Virus record (IMG/VR): IMGVR_UViG_3300035698_018317
Location: 62,001 to 126,000 of that record
Length of the DNA: 64,000 bases
Reading direction: 5' to 3' (one strand)
A model generated the notes under the pieces. The model was not told the origin of the DNA, ran no database searches, and saw only the letters and a list, made by a program, of their open reading frames with translations. The position numbers and the translations under genes are program-made. Of this stretch, positions 10,267 through 19,804 are shown in pieces; positions within the stretch are counted from its first letter, which is position 1; every line of letters begins with the position of its first letter.

Positions 10267-11167
10267 CAGAATATAATTCTACATTGGCGGGAGTGCTATC
10301 ATTTACAATGGCTTTGAAGTCTGGGCGGTCGCCAATAGAAAGCGTGGGTGTTCCAGTAACGGCAACACCAGCCCTAGTTCCGTCACAAAGACGCCATACG
10401 CCAGTTTTAGATATATTATTAGTGCCAACGTTATGCAGTTCTACGAGTTGAGTTGGCGTTAAAGCTTTATCCCAAATTGCAACTTCATCAATCACACCTT
10501 TGAAATAACCCTGCCTTGTGGTTCCATTAGTCCTAATGCAAGTACCAAAAGCTAATGGCTGACCAGAATAATAGTCAATGTCATTCGTAGCAGATATTGA
10601 CCCATCTTCTACGCCGTTTAAATAGACCTTATGAGTAGAACCGTCAAAGACAATAGCAGCAAAGTACCATGTGTCATCAACAATAGCGGTAGAACCTGTG
10701 ACTGGCTTATTTAAACCGCCAACCATTTCTTCTGTGTCACCAGCCAACAAAACCCCAGAACCCGTATTAAGTCCAAGCATGTAGTTGGCATTAACTCCAG
10801 CGGGAGATTCAGACTCGGCACAACCTTTAACCACCAAAGGTTCAAAACTGGCGATGCCACCACCGCCAGTTCCAGTACTAGTTCCACCGCCAACCGCCCT
10901 CTTGAACCAGCAAGTCACTGTATAATACTGAGCACCCATCGCAGTTGGTTCTGTTCTTGGTGCTGTTTCCGCATTTTCTATTTGAACGTAACTTGAACTT
11001 CCGTTAAATGTTGCAGCGGTATCAGCATCTCCAGATATTCCGCCAACCGTTCCGAATGTCATGTTAGCTAAAGCTACACTATCGTTATTATTAGCTGTTT
11101 CATCAATAACTTGACTAGCACCAGCACCCTCTCCAAGACGCCAATATCCTAATAAGTTGGCACTCTC
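9100..11167 (-). repeat. Duplicated LamG domain (about 9100-9843 and about 10424-11167)
   Basis: Two ~245 aa copies sharing long identical blocks (VIDETANNNDSV, GGISGDADTAATFNGSSSY, ESPAG.NANYMLG, GVIDEVAIWD). Confidence 0.85.
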
Positions 11168-13165
11168 AGTGTCGGTAACTGTCGTTTCATAATCGGGAGC
11201 ACCGCCTGAGCCTAGAAAATCTGAGCCTGCATATTCGTAGTGAGTTGTATCTTCATACCTATAAATAGCATTACGCATTCTAAATGCGTCATTACCTTCA
11301 GGGTCACCGCCAGCATCAACAAACGTGACTGTATAATCCGACAAGGCACTTTCTCCCGGTGGAAGATTCAACACAGCCAGTGCTTGGGCATAATCTACGC
11401 CTATTGGAGACTGCACCCACAAATAATCATTAGAGCCGGGAGTGTCAACAAAATTGATATCTCTCAAGCTCATTGTTCCGCCGTCGCCAGCAACCGCCCA
11501 AACAGCGGAATTATCTGACCATTTTAGATTCGCTAAGTCTTCATCGGTTACCGTTGAGAAATCTTGGTAATATCCGCAACCAACTACACCATCTTTAACG
11601 TACACTAGGTCACCAGAACCGTCTTCCCAATCAGTACCGCTAATCTCTCTAGAATATTCTGATAAGGTAGCTGTTTGGCTTGTTAATGATTGGAGTGTAC
11701 CGCCGCCTTGAAGTAGTTCAACTTCAAATTCATATTCAGGTTCAGTCAAGCCGCTAATAGCAGCCGGAATGTCTTGGTTGTCACCAGCAGTCTTCGCTTG
11801 ATAAGTTGTATACTGCCAAGCACCCGGAGAGGTATCACGATACCTAAATCTAACATCTCCAGCAGCTTGTAAGCTAACAGTAGAGTTGGCTGTAAATGAA
11901 GTAGATGTTGTATCTGTCGCCGCATCGGTTGCTAAAGCAACTAATTTTGAGGGGATGTCAGATGCAAAAATTTGTGTCGTTCCATCATTCTCTAAACACT
12001 GGTCGTGATAGCTAAGCCCATCAATTGTTAATATATCGCAATTTTGTCGCCCACTTGCTGATACTACATCATATCCATCGCCATCAATCCACCATTCGCC
12101 GATAGAGCCACCACTGAAAGTAGTATTACCCATCGGTCCATCGCCTAATTCTCTCAACCCTAAAGCATCTGTAGTAACATTACCAGCGCCAGAGGCGGTA
12201 GCCCAATCATCAATAGGCTGTCCTAATGTGGCGAAATGGTCATGCCCAGCATATGTGGATGATACACCATATTGCTGAAACAACGGACCCCATATGGTTC
12301 GAGCCTCAGAAGACCCAGATGCACCTAAACCATTTGACCCCGGCCATGCAGGATAGTGATAAGTTGCAATTATCCAGCGGAGAGTAGCATCTGTAGACGC
12401 TCTTATCAATGCATCTGTCAAGAACCCTAGCTGCCCATCCCAAGTAGTAGGATTTGTATAACTACCTTGGTCCCATTGCTCGATGTTACCACTATCTAGA
12501 CCAATGATTAAAACATCGCCAATTTGAACTTTCCAGTGGTATTGAGGCGTAAAGAAAGCATTAACATATTCTGGTGCGCTTCCCTCTAATTCATGGTTGC
12601 CTAAAATAGCCATAAGGGGAACTCTAAATCCAGTTGGAGTTACCCATTCGCCGCCTTGTCCGTCGCCCGATATGATGTCGAACATTTCTGTCCAGTGCGA
12701 AAGAGTGTTGCCATTATCGACCATATCACCACTATGGATGAGAACTAGTGGTTCCTTGGACATAGCCACAGTGGAAGTCAGACGGAAATCAGCCCTATAA
12801 GTAGCATTGAGGTTTATTTGAGCATCACTACCTTGAACAAATACCTTTTCACCCGCATAGCCAGCAGAGGGTGCAGTACGGAATTTTCTAACGGCACCAG
12901 CATCGCTTGATACTTTGAAGTAAAAGGTAGTATTTGCTGTCAGTCCAATTAATTTGGCGGTATGCACCCAACCACCTGCGAGGGCTTCAGAGGTACTATC
13001 AACATTAGAAGTTAGTGCGCCAGATGTAAGCCCATAGTCAACCTGAACAGGTTCAGCCTGCCCACTATCCCTCCACTTGACAATCATCTCAGTAGTAGGG
13101 TCAAAAGTAGCTGCCCCAGTCTGTGGCATCCACACCAACCATTGATATTCTAGAACTGAAGCCAT
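10196..13165 (-). CDS. Purple acid phosphatase-like metallophosphoesterase fused to Fn3-like and LamG domains (probable virion appendage protein)
   Basis: PAP N-terminal Fn3-like segment, then GSD, GDMVD, GNHE, YHYP, AGHDH; LamG near the C-terminus. Confidence 0.8.
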   Translation of the reverse strand: MASVLEYQWLVWMPQTGAATFDPTTEMIVKWRDSGQAEPVQVDYGLTSGALTSNVDSTSEALAGGWVHTAKLIGLTANTTFYFKVSSDAGAVRKFRTAPSAGYAGEKVFVQGSDAQINLNATYRADFRLTSTVAMSKEPLVLIHSGDMVDNGNTLSHWTEMFDIISGDGQGGEWVTPTGFRVPLMAILGNHELEGSAPEYVNAFFTPQYHWKVQIGDVLIIGLDSGNIEQWDQGSYTNPTTWDGQLGFLTDALIRASTDATLRWIIATYHYPAWPGSNGLGASGSSEARTIWGPLFQQYGVSSTYAGHDHFATLGQPIDDWATASGAGNVTTDALGLRELGDGPMGNTTFSGGSIGEWWIDGDGYDVVSASGRQNCDILTIDGLSYHDQCLENDGTTQIFASDIPSKLVALATDAATDTTSTSFTANSTVSLQAAGDVRFRYRDTSPGAWQYTTYQAKTAGDNQDIPAAISGLTEPEYEFEVELLQGGGTLQSLTSQTATLSEYSREISGTDWEDGSGDLVYVKDGVVGCGYYQDFSTVTDEDLANLKWSDNSAVWAVAGDGGTMSLRDINFVDTPGSNDYLWVQSPIGVDYAQALAVLNLPPGESALSDYTVTFVDAGGDPEGNDAFRMRNAIYRYEDTTHYEYAGSDFLGSGGAPDYETTVTDTESANLLGYWRLGEGAGASQVIDETANNNDSVALANMTFGTVGGISGDADTAATFNGSSSYVQIENAETAPRTEPTAMGAQYYTVTCWFKRAVGGGTSTGTGGGGIASFEPLVVKGCAESESPAGVNANYMLGLNTGSGVLLAGDTEEMVGGLNKPVTGSTAIVDDTWYFAAIVFDGSTHKVYLNGVEDGSISATNDIDYYSGQPLAFGTCIRTNGTTRQGYFKGVIDEVAIWDKALTPTQLVELHNVGTNNISKTGVWRLCDGTRAGVAVTGTPTLSIGDRPDFKAIVNDSTPANVELYSDASQFAATVHWHNFDNYCCGCRI

Positions 13166-13218
13166 TTAACACCTTTTAATTCTTTTGTTAATTTATCTTT
13201 CAACTATTACAATCGACC

Positions 13219-14139
13219 TTAAGGCGTAACTAAATCGCCTGCTTCAAGAGTGTATGGTTCTTCCGTTGTTTGTGTCGGCTGAAGGTTGGTATCAGCATTT
13301 CCTGCATATACATACGTAATTTTTCTTCCTAAATCACCTACAACTGCACCTGCGGGAAATTCTACAATTTCTCCGATTCTTTCAATAGCTCCTGCTGTAT
13401 TTGATAAAGTTATACTTTGGAAATTAAAGATTCCAGAACGGCCCCTTAACAGTTCGTAATCATCTTGAATTACGGTTCCGTCAAAGTTTAAACTAACTCC
13501 TTTGAAGTTTACTGCATTATTAACAACATTCAAGTCAACTGTGTTTGCAACAGTATCTAAAGGAACTATCATTCCTGTAGAATCGGCGAAGTCATCCCAC
13601 TGGTTTACTTCATGTCTACTAAAATAAGTTGGTAATTCAGACACACCCGCACGCCCATTGAATTGGAGAGCTTCTTCTGCTCTTCCATTTACAATATAAA
13701 ATTTCATTCTTGTAGCATCGAAATTAGAGCGAATCATTACTACACGGGTGCCTTCAGGAATCGAGTTGTCACCCGTGTTGGTTTGAATAAGAGCCGTAAA
13801 CATTGCAGTAAAGGCTACATCCGAATTTAATGCGGCAACTACTTCATCTGAGGTAGTTGCGGCGGAAAGAAGAGTAGGTGCTGTACCTACGACATCCATC
13901 GTCGCATATTGTCGTATGTTTGTATTAAATGCTGTGCGTATTTGCAATGTATCTCTAGAATTACCATCTACATCATTACCAGCAAAATTATACACTGGCG
14001 TAGGGGGTTGCCAAGACACAACTAAAGTCTCGCCTCTTCCGGCATTTCTAGGACATTTAAATGTAAGGCTTTGCTGGCGGTCGCCTAGCACCCAATTGCC
14101 TTGATAATCTTCAAAAAATGGATTTTGGAACCAACTCAT
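13219..14139 (-). CDS. Putative structural protein
   Basis: 306 aa, T/N/G/V-rich, upstream of the giant fibre-like gene. Confidence 0.5.
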   Translation of the reverse strand: MSWFQNPFFEDYQGNWVLGDRQQSLTFKCPRNAGRGETLVVSWQPPTPVYNFAGNDVDGNSRDTLQIRTAFNTNIRQYATMDVVGTAPTLLSAATTSDEVVAALNSDVAFTAMFTALIQTNTGDNSIPEGTRVVMIRSNFDATRMKFYIVNGRAEEALQFNGRAGVSELPTYFSRHEVNQWDDFADSTGMIVPLDTVANTVDLNVVNNAVNFKGVSLNFDGTVIQDDYELLRGRSGIFNFQSITLSNTAGAIERIGEIVEFPAGAVVGDLGRKITYVYAGNADTNLQPTQTTEEPYTLEAGDLVTP

Positions 14140-14169
14140 ATTGACCTCTCGTTTTATTCATTAAAAAAG

Positions 14170-14256
14170 GGTTACTTCAGTATCTATCTATTGAAGTAAC
14201 CTTATTTTATTTTATTATATGCAAAAAACGGTTACTTCAATGAAGTAACCGTTTTT
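14170..14256. repeat. Two inverted repeats sharing GGTTACTTCA/TGAAGTAACC arms
   Basis: 14170-14201: 10 bp arms with a 12 nt loop. 14224-14256: perfect 16 bp arms with a 1 nt centre. Confidence 0.85.
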
Positions 14257-14277
14257 AAGTTGAGAGTGTTTTTTACT

Positions 14278-14616
14278 TTATACTCCGTCCTGCACCAAAT
14301 TAACTAAATTAGCACGTCTAAGAGTCGTCTTACTGAGTTCATTAAGAGGAGTTTTAGTCCGAAGCGTTCTTCGGCGGTCAATTTGGTTAATTTTAGCAAT
14401 CTTATTCAGCCTGTATGTCTTAATTGGAGCCGCCTTATATGAGCGAGTACGTGAACCTTCTCGCAATTCATATCCACGAATATAACTTCGTGTGGACTCA
14501 ATCAGCAAAACAGTACGTCTTACAGGGTGAGTATGCTTGTTGCCTTGGTAGAAGAAACGAGCCACAGGCGTATTTCTCATTACCGGATAATTATTCTTTA
14601 CATTCTTTTCATTCAT
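14278..14616 (-). CDS. Possible WYL-like (Sm/SH3-fold) protein
   Basis: FFYQG...RRTV...YIRGY...KTYRLNKI resembles the WYL pattern. Confidence 0.35.
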   Translation of the reverse strand: MNEKNVKNNYPVMRNTPVARFFYQGNKHTHPVRRTVLLIESTRSYIRGYELREGSRTRSYKAAPIKTYRLNKIAKINQIDRRRTLRTKTPLNELSKTTLRRANLVNLVQDGV

Positions 14617-15155
14617 GCTTTCTCCTTGTTAGTTAAAGTTAGTATATTATTAGCATGTTGTATGTCACAGAGGCGATAACTTCCATAATCTTCATTAAAA
14701 GGTTCTGCTTCATGTAACATATAATTTAATATTATATCAGGAATTGATTTAGGTTGCAATTGAAATTCTGGCATTTCGTGCTCTGCCATAACAAAATAAT
14801 TTTTTTTATCGTTTTTAAAGAAATCTACTTCCCACAGCCCATCTTTATGTTCGATATGGTATCGAGTTTTTATAAGTCGGGAATGAAAATTGGGTAAAAG
14901 GTCATTAAAATCTCTAGCGTCTATTTCTTTTTCTATTTCTACTAACCGATAAACACCATTTGATTTTACTTTGTGTTTAAAACAAAAAACATATTTTTCA
15001 GAATCTTTTATTTCTGTTTTTCTTATTCGGACAATATGACCATCCGCTTTAAGATATGCTTGCTGTATTTGCAAAACACAACTAGATTGAGCCAAAAACT
15101 CATTTTCTGGTGTATTTGGGCATAAGACTATTTTTTTCTCGTTCTCTGTCGGCAT
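14613..15155 (-). CDS. CYTH-domain (triphosphate tunnel) protein
   Basis: ENEKK (ExExK), VRIRK, EIEKEI, IKTRY, WEVDFF, MAEHE. Confidence 0.85.
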   Translation of the reverse strand: MPTENEKKIVLCPNTPENEFLAQSSCVLQIQQAYLKADGHIVRIRKTEIKDSEKYVFCFKHKVKSNGVYRLVEIEKEIDARDFNDLLPNFHSRLIKTRYHIEHKDGLWEVDFFKNDKKNYFVMAEHEMPEFQLQPKSIPDIILNYMLHEAEPFNEDYGSYRLCDIQHANNILTLTNKEKA

Positions 15156-16488
15156 TCTTTTGAATCCAATATTTTTCTAGAGCTATCTGAGTGCATCTTT
15201 CTTGGAATTGGGCACCTGTATCACCCGCTCCATTTTTTGCTATTTCGGCTATATGTTCTGGATAATCTTTTAAGATTCTTCCAGCTATCTTCACACGGCA
15301 TTTTTCTGTAAGCTCTTTTAATTCTAGTGCTCTGTCTATTCTTCCGGGTCGAGTTGAAATCTTAGTGCCATTTACAGCTTTATCTTTTCTAGGAACACCG
15401 ATTGCTTCATCAACATCTTCTATTTTATTTGTTGTTACTATTAGCATTACGCCGTCACAATTTTCTATTCCACCAATGCAATTTAGCAAACAGTCAAATG
15501 TTAATCCCCCTCCATATTCTCCAAGTTTATTATTTCTTCCTTCGAACACAGCATCTATATCTTCCATAAGAGCAACACATGGAGTATGGGTTTTCATTAA
15601 TTTCCACTTTTCTACAAGTTCTTCATTAGACATAGTGGAAAGGTCGAATGAATAAATTGGTAAATCTAAATCATATGCAACCGCTCGTACAAGAGATGTT
15701 TTTCCCGTACCCGGAGGCCCATAGAGCAACCAACCTCTTCGCCATTGGATTTGTTTTTCCTTATACCATTTTTCGGATTGTTTCCATTTTTTAGCTTCAT
15801 CAACAAATTCTTCTACTTCTGGAGGGAAAGCAAGTATTTCAAAAGCAGATTCATCAGAAAACACTTCTTGACCTATTTCTTGGATTCCCCATTTAAGAAG
15901 CCTTCTATTTCCTAAAACAAAACTATCTGAATTAGCTTCTGATTTGTCGGCAGTTGCTACAGGGTAGCCTTGGTCACCGCCGCCATGTCTTCTTTTAATG
16001 ATGGACCCAGACCCCGCTAAACGTCTTATTCGGAATCTTTCTTTAACTCCTGTTTTTGTTTTTTCATTAGCAAAACGAATAGCTCTGATAATTAATTCAT
16101 CTATATTAAATGTGCCACGAATATAAGTGATATTAATTGCACCATAAGCATCGTTATCATTACCTTTAATAGGAGGTCCAACTAGAACAGGTCGCCAACC
16201 TTTCAGAAAAATAGAACTTCTTTTCGAAAGTTCTTCGTATCCGATTCTTTCTGTTCTTCTATTGGGTTTCACATATTCAAAATAAGAACCAAAAGTTTTG
16301 CCGCCCATAGGTAGACGACGAAGCTTCTCAGAGCAATACGAAATAACGGCATCCGGCATTTCGCCTTCTATCTTTACTGTAACAACAAACAAACTAAATA
16401 TTTTAGAGACAAAATGTTTTATATATCTCCAAAATCCAGCAATAATACCTATTGCTGCTCCGCCTGCAAGCATCATGGGAACTTCCAT
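15100..16488 (-). CDS. BCS1-family AAA+ ATPase with N-terminal membrane anchor
   Basis: N-terminal hydrophobic helix; RRGWLLYGPPGTGKTS, MEDID, TFDCLLNCIGG, RPGRID. Confidence 0.8.
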   Translation of the reverse strand: MEVPMMLAGGAAIGIIAGFWRYIKHFVSKIFSLFVVTVKIEGEMPDAVISYCSEKLRRLPMGGKTFGSYFEYVKPNRRTERIGYEELSKRSSIFLKGWRPVLVGPPIKGNDNDAYGAINITYIRGTFNIDELIIRAIRFANEKTKTGVKERFRIRRLAGSGSIIKRRHGGGDQGYPVATADKSEANSDSFVLGNRRLLKWGIQEIGQEVFSDESAFEILAFPPEVEEFVDEAKKWKQSEKWYKEKQIQWRRGWLLYGPPGTGKTSLVRAVAYDLDLPIYSFDLSTMSNEELVEKWKLMKTHTPCVALMEDIDAVFEGRNNKLGEYGGGLTFDCLLNCIGGIENCDGVMLIVTTNKIEDVDEAIGVPRKDKAVNGTKISTRPGRIDRALELKELTEKCRVKIAGRILKDYPEHIAEIAKNGAGDTGAQFQERCTQIALEKYWIQKNADREREKNSLMPKYTRK

Positions 16489-16595
16489 AAAAAAAACCTT
16501 TCTTTAAGTAGGAAGTAAAATTATAACATAACTAAATTAAGGATGCCATAAGATTTTGTTAAAAACATGATAAATAATAATATGGAGAGAAAAGA

Positions 16596-18461
16596 ATGGA
16601 CGATATAAGCCAATTAGACGGAATGAGTCACGCAAAGAAGAAAGATGTTGCATTACCCGAAGAGAAGTTCGATTTGTTTTACAAGAAATTTGACTTTGTT
16701 AAGGATATTGTAGAAACAGATGAATGGAAGAAAATATATTCTAATTATTATGACTTTGACAAATCTGAATTAACCATAAAGATAAATGAACCTGAACATG
16801 AAATTGATTCATATGACGGTGAGAAACAAATATTAGAGATTATAAAATGTGTCAATAGTTTTTCATATTTTTGTCACAAATATGTAAAAATCAACCACCC
16901 AATTTATGGTTTGATTCCTTTCAAATTATATTCTTATCAAAAAAGAGTATATCAAGAATACACACAAAATAGATTCAACATTCTTAGCAAATTCCGTCAG
17001 GGTGGGCTAACAACCATGTCTGTACTGTGGTCTATGTGGAGATGTTTGTTCAGCACTGACCAACAAATCATGGTTATGTCCAAAACTGACCGTGAAGCTA
17101 TTGCCGCAGGCGAAATTGTTAAAAGAGCATTGGAACATTTACCAGCTTGGCTTAAATGCAACATGGGCAAAAATAATGACCATGAAAAAGAATTTAAATC
17201 AACAGGCTCAAAACTATCGTTCTATACACCTGAAGCTGCTCGTGGTAAATCCTGTACTTTACTTATAATTGATGAAGCAGCATTTATTCCAGATATGGAG
17301 AAACACTGGAAGTCCATGTATCCGGTTCTTGCAACTGGTGGAGCTTGCTGTGTTGTTTCTACAGTAAATGGTCTTGGTAACTGGTATGAAGAAATATATC
17401 ACGAAGCAGAAAATCATAAAAATGCATTTAATGTAATTGACCTAGATTTCTGGGAGCATCCAGAGTATAATGACCCAGTATGGGTTAAAGATACTAAATC
17501 AAACTTAGGAGAAAAAGGTTGGCAACAGGAAGTACTTCGTTCATTCTTGGGGTCAGGCGAAACATATATTTCTCCTAATATCATAGCGCAATTAGATAAG
17601 GAAACGAGAGATAGAAAACCAGTAAGAGCATTATTTGAGAAATGGACATCTATTGGAAGAGATAAAGATGAAGCTCTTGGAGTGGGTGCTTTATGGATAT
17701 TCCAAGAACCAATTGAGGGACACGAATATATTATTGGTGTTGATTCTGCTGAAGGTGTCGGTGAAGATGGTGATAATAGCGTGTTCCAAGTTTTGGACCA
17801 AGCTACATTAGAACAGGTTGCAGAATTTTATAGCAACACAGTACCGCCTCATGAATTTTCTCAAATTTTAAATGAAATGGGATATTGTTACAATACAGCA
17901 ATAATTGTTGTAGAAAATTTGGGAATTGGTTCTGCAATAATTAACTCATTAATTCATGACCTGTCTTATGAAAATATATTTTATGGTGGAAATAGGGGCA
18001 AACAACAACAACCCGGAATCAAAACCAATAAAACTAACAGGCCAGTTATTTTAGAGACATTACAGAATAGGCTTATCAATAATGTATTAAAAATAAATAG
18101 TCACAGATTTGTGGATGAATTAAAAACCTTTATCTTTAATTCAACAAGAAAAGCCGCTGAAGCACAAAAAGGAAAGCACGATGATGCTATAATGGCATTA
18201 AGTTTTGCTATACACGTTAGAGATTTGCAAATGCGTGATATCCCAATCGGTGCCGAATTGCCACAAGAAATGACGAATATATTTAAAAGTGAAATATACG
18301 AACAAATAAGACAAGAGATTAAAAAAGGCGCACCAGAAGATTGGCTTGCAGACGACGACGATGACGAGCCAATGTTTATTCCCAACGATGATGTGTTACC
18401 TCCTGTTTTATTCGACATTAATAGACCCAAAGATAAATTATTGAAAGAATTCGGATGGTAA
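16596..18461 (+). CDS. terL: Terminase large subunit (T4 gp17-like)
   Basis: KFRQGGLTT, LIIDEAAF, STVNG, IIGVDSA, HDDAIMA. Confidence 0.93.
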   Translation: MDDISQLDGMSHAKKKDVALPEEKFDLFYKKFDFVKDIVETDEWKKIYSNYYDFDKSELTIKINEPEHEIDSYDGEKQILEIIKCVNSFSYFCHKYVKINHPIYGLIPFKLYSYQKRVYQEYTQNRFNILSKFRQGGLTTMSVLWSMWRCLFSTDQQIMVMSKTDREAIAAGEIVKRALEHLPAWLKCNMGKNNDHEKEFKSTGSKLSFYTPEAARGKSCTLLIIDEAAFIPDMEKHWKSMYPVLATGGACCVVSTVNGLGNWYEEIYHEAENHKNAFNVIDLDFWEHPEYNDPVWVKDTKSNLGEKGWQQEVLRSFLGSGETYISPNIIAQLDKETRDRKPVRALFEKWTSIGRDKDEALGVGALWIFQEPIEGHEYIIGVDSAEGVGEDGDNSVFQVLDQATLEQVAEFYSNTVPPHEFSQILNEMGYCYNTAIIVVENLGIGSAIINSLIHDLSYENIFYGGNRGKQQQPGIKTNKTNRPVILETLQNRLINNVLKINSHRFVDELKTFIFNSTRKAAEAQKGKHDDAIMALSFAIHVRDLQMRDIPIGAELPQEMTNIFKSEIYEQIRQEIKKGAPEDWLADDDDDEPMFIPNDDVLPPVLFDINRPKDKLLKEFGW

Positions 18462-18838
18462 AAACATTTTCTAAATTCGTAGAAAGTCAAGGAATTAGAC
18501 TTTGGGTAGACGACCTACGTGACCCTAAAGAGAGCGATGCCAAGAGAAAAGGTGCGGCTGGAGATGAGGTGTGGGTTAAAACTCCCGAAGAAGCTATCAA
18601 AATTATATCTACAGGAAATGTTATAAGCATATCTTTAGATGGAGACTTGGGAGAAGATGAAAATGGCAAAGACTTATCTGGCACAGATATAAGTAAATTT
18701 ATTCAGGGATTGGCCTTGCATAATAAGATACCAAGATTAAAATGGGCCATTCATACAGATAATGGTGGTAAATTCAAATCTATGACAATGGATTTAACAA
18801 GAGCGGATGATTTTTGGAATAGACATGAGCAAGAATAG
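18455..18838 (+). CDS. Cyclic-phosphate-processing receiver-like domain protein with CTS-like N-terminus
   Basis: LWVDDLRDP, ISLDGDLGE, IHTDN; starts MVKTFSKFVE. Confidence 0.65.
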   Translation: MVKTFSKFVESQGIRLWVDDLRDPKESDAKRKGAAGDEVWVKTPEEAIKIISTGNVISISLDGDLGEDENGKDLSGTDISKFIQGLALHNKIPRLKWAIHTDNGGKFKSMTMDLTRADDFWNRHEQE

Positions 18839-19154
18839 TAGAAAAAATGAAGCAGTCGTGCTTTTGAATCGTGCTCTTGCATTATTACCTAATGAGAATG
18901 CAAAACGTCATGTGGGTAATGCATTGGCCGAGTTACACAAAAGTGATAAAAAGAAAAAGAAAAAAATGGAACAAGAAACTGCTGCGCAAAAATGGCAAGA
19001 AGACCTAAAAAATAATCTTGTAAATCCTTTAGATGGCAGAAGAACATTGGCTACCATAGAAGCTATGATAGAGACAGAAAAGGCTAGAGTAGCAGAAGTG
19101 AAGAGAGAGAAAAAAGAAAAATCTAACACAGATACATCAACTCTTTTTGATTAA
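18825..19154 (+). CDS. Hypothetical basic coiled-coil protein
   Basis: ORF 18807..19154; probable ATG at 18825. Confidence 0.55.
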   Translation: MSKNSRKNEAVVLLNRALALLPNENAKRHVGNALAELHKSDKKKKKKMEQETAAQKWQEDLKNNLVNPLDGRRTLATIEAMIETEKARVAEVKREKKEKSNTDTSTLFD

Positions 19155-19729
19155 ACTCTAAGTAAGTCTAGCTTCTGAAATTGTTTTATATACCGTGAAT
19201 AACATAAATCAGAAGTTTCAGTAATCTCCAAAGGAACTTCTGCATTTGCTCTAGCAGGAAGAAAATTAATTTTTTTATTAAACAAATTATTGATTTCCAA
19301 ATAATCTCTCATTAATTTTACACCCTTTTCACTCGTTAGATTTTCACGGGTAAGGAAAAGTGAACCGGGAGCAGACTTAGCCATTTCTAAAATCCTCCCA
19401 AGACGGAAAGAGTAATATTTATAGGCATTTTGTGGTAACATTTCCATATCTTTTATTACATCACCATTTCTGATGATAAATATAAACTTACAAAATTTAT
19501 AAAATTCCTTACTCGAAAATTGGTGATTGAATAATAAGTGGGCACCACATATGTGTTTATTCTTTTTTCTTTCTTCCAACACATTCATTGGATTTTTATA
19601 ATTTGTTTTTTCAGTTTTGATATAGATATCTTTACGTTTGTTCATAATATCTATAATATGTTCCGAACCGGATTCCAAATGACTAACTATGAATACGAAC
19701 TTCGGTTGCTTTGCTTTAATAATTTTCAT
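19151..19729 (-). CDS. Hypothetical protein, possibly a degenerate sulfotransferase-like fold
   Basis: FVFIVSHLESGS and FIFIIRNG resemble degenerate PAPS-binding motifs. Confidence 0.35.
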   Translation of the reverse strand: MKIIKAKQPKFVFIVSHLESGSEHIIDIMNKRKDIYIKTEKTNYKNPMNVLEERKKNKHICGAHLLFNHQFSSKEFYKFCKFIFIIRNGDVIKDMEMLPQNAYKYYSFRLGRILEMAKSAPGSLFLTRENLTSEKGVKLMRDYLEINNLFNKKINFLPARANAEVPLEITETSDLCYSRYIKQFQKLDLLRV

Positions 19730-19804
19730 TCACTCAAACCTAATAATTTTTATGATTAATTCACTACTCTAATATATAAAGAGAAAGATTACAGGAAAAT
19801 AGAT

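Noticed and set aside
9100-11167. Diversity-generating retroelement TR/VR pair (LamG duplicates)
   Set aside because: Differences are spread across all bases and codons rather than adenine-specific, both copies are coding, and no reverse transcriptase is in the window.
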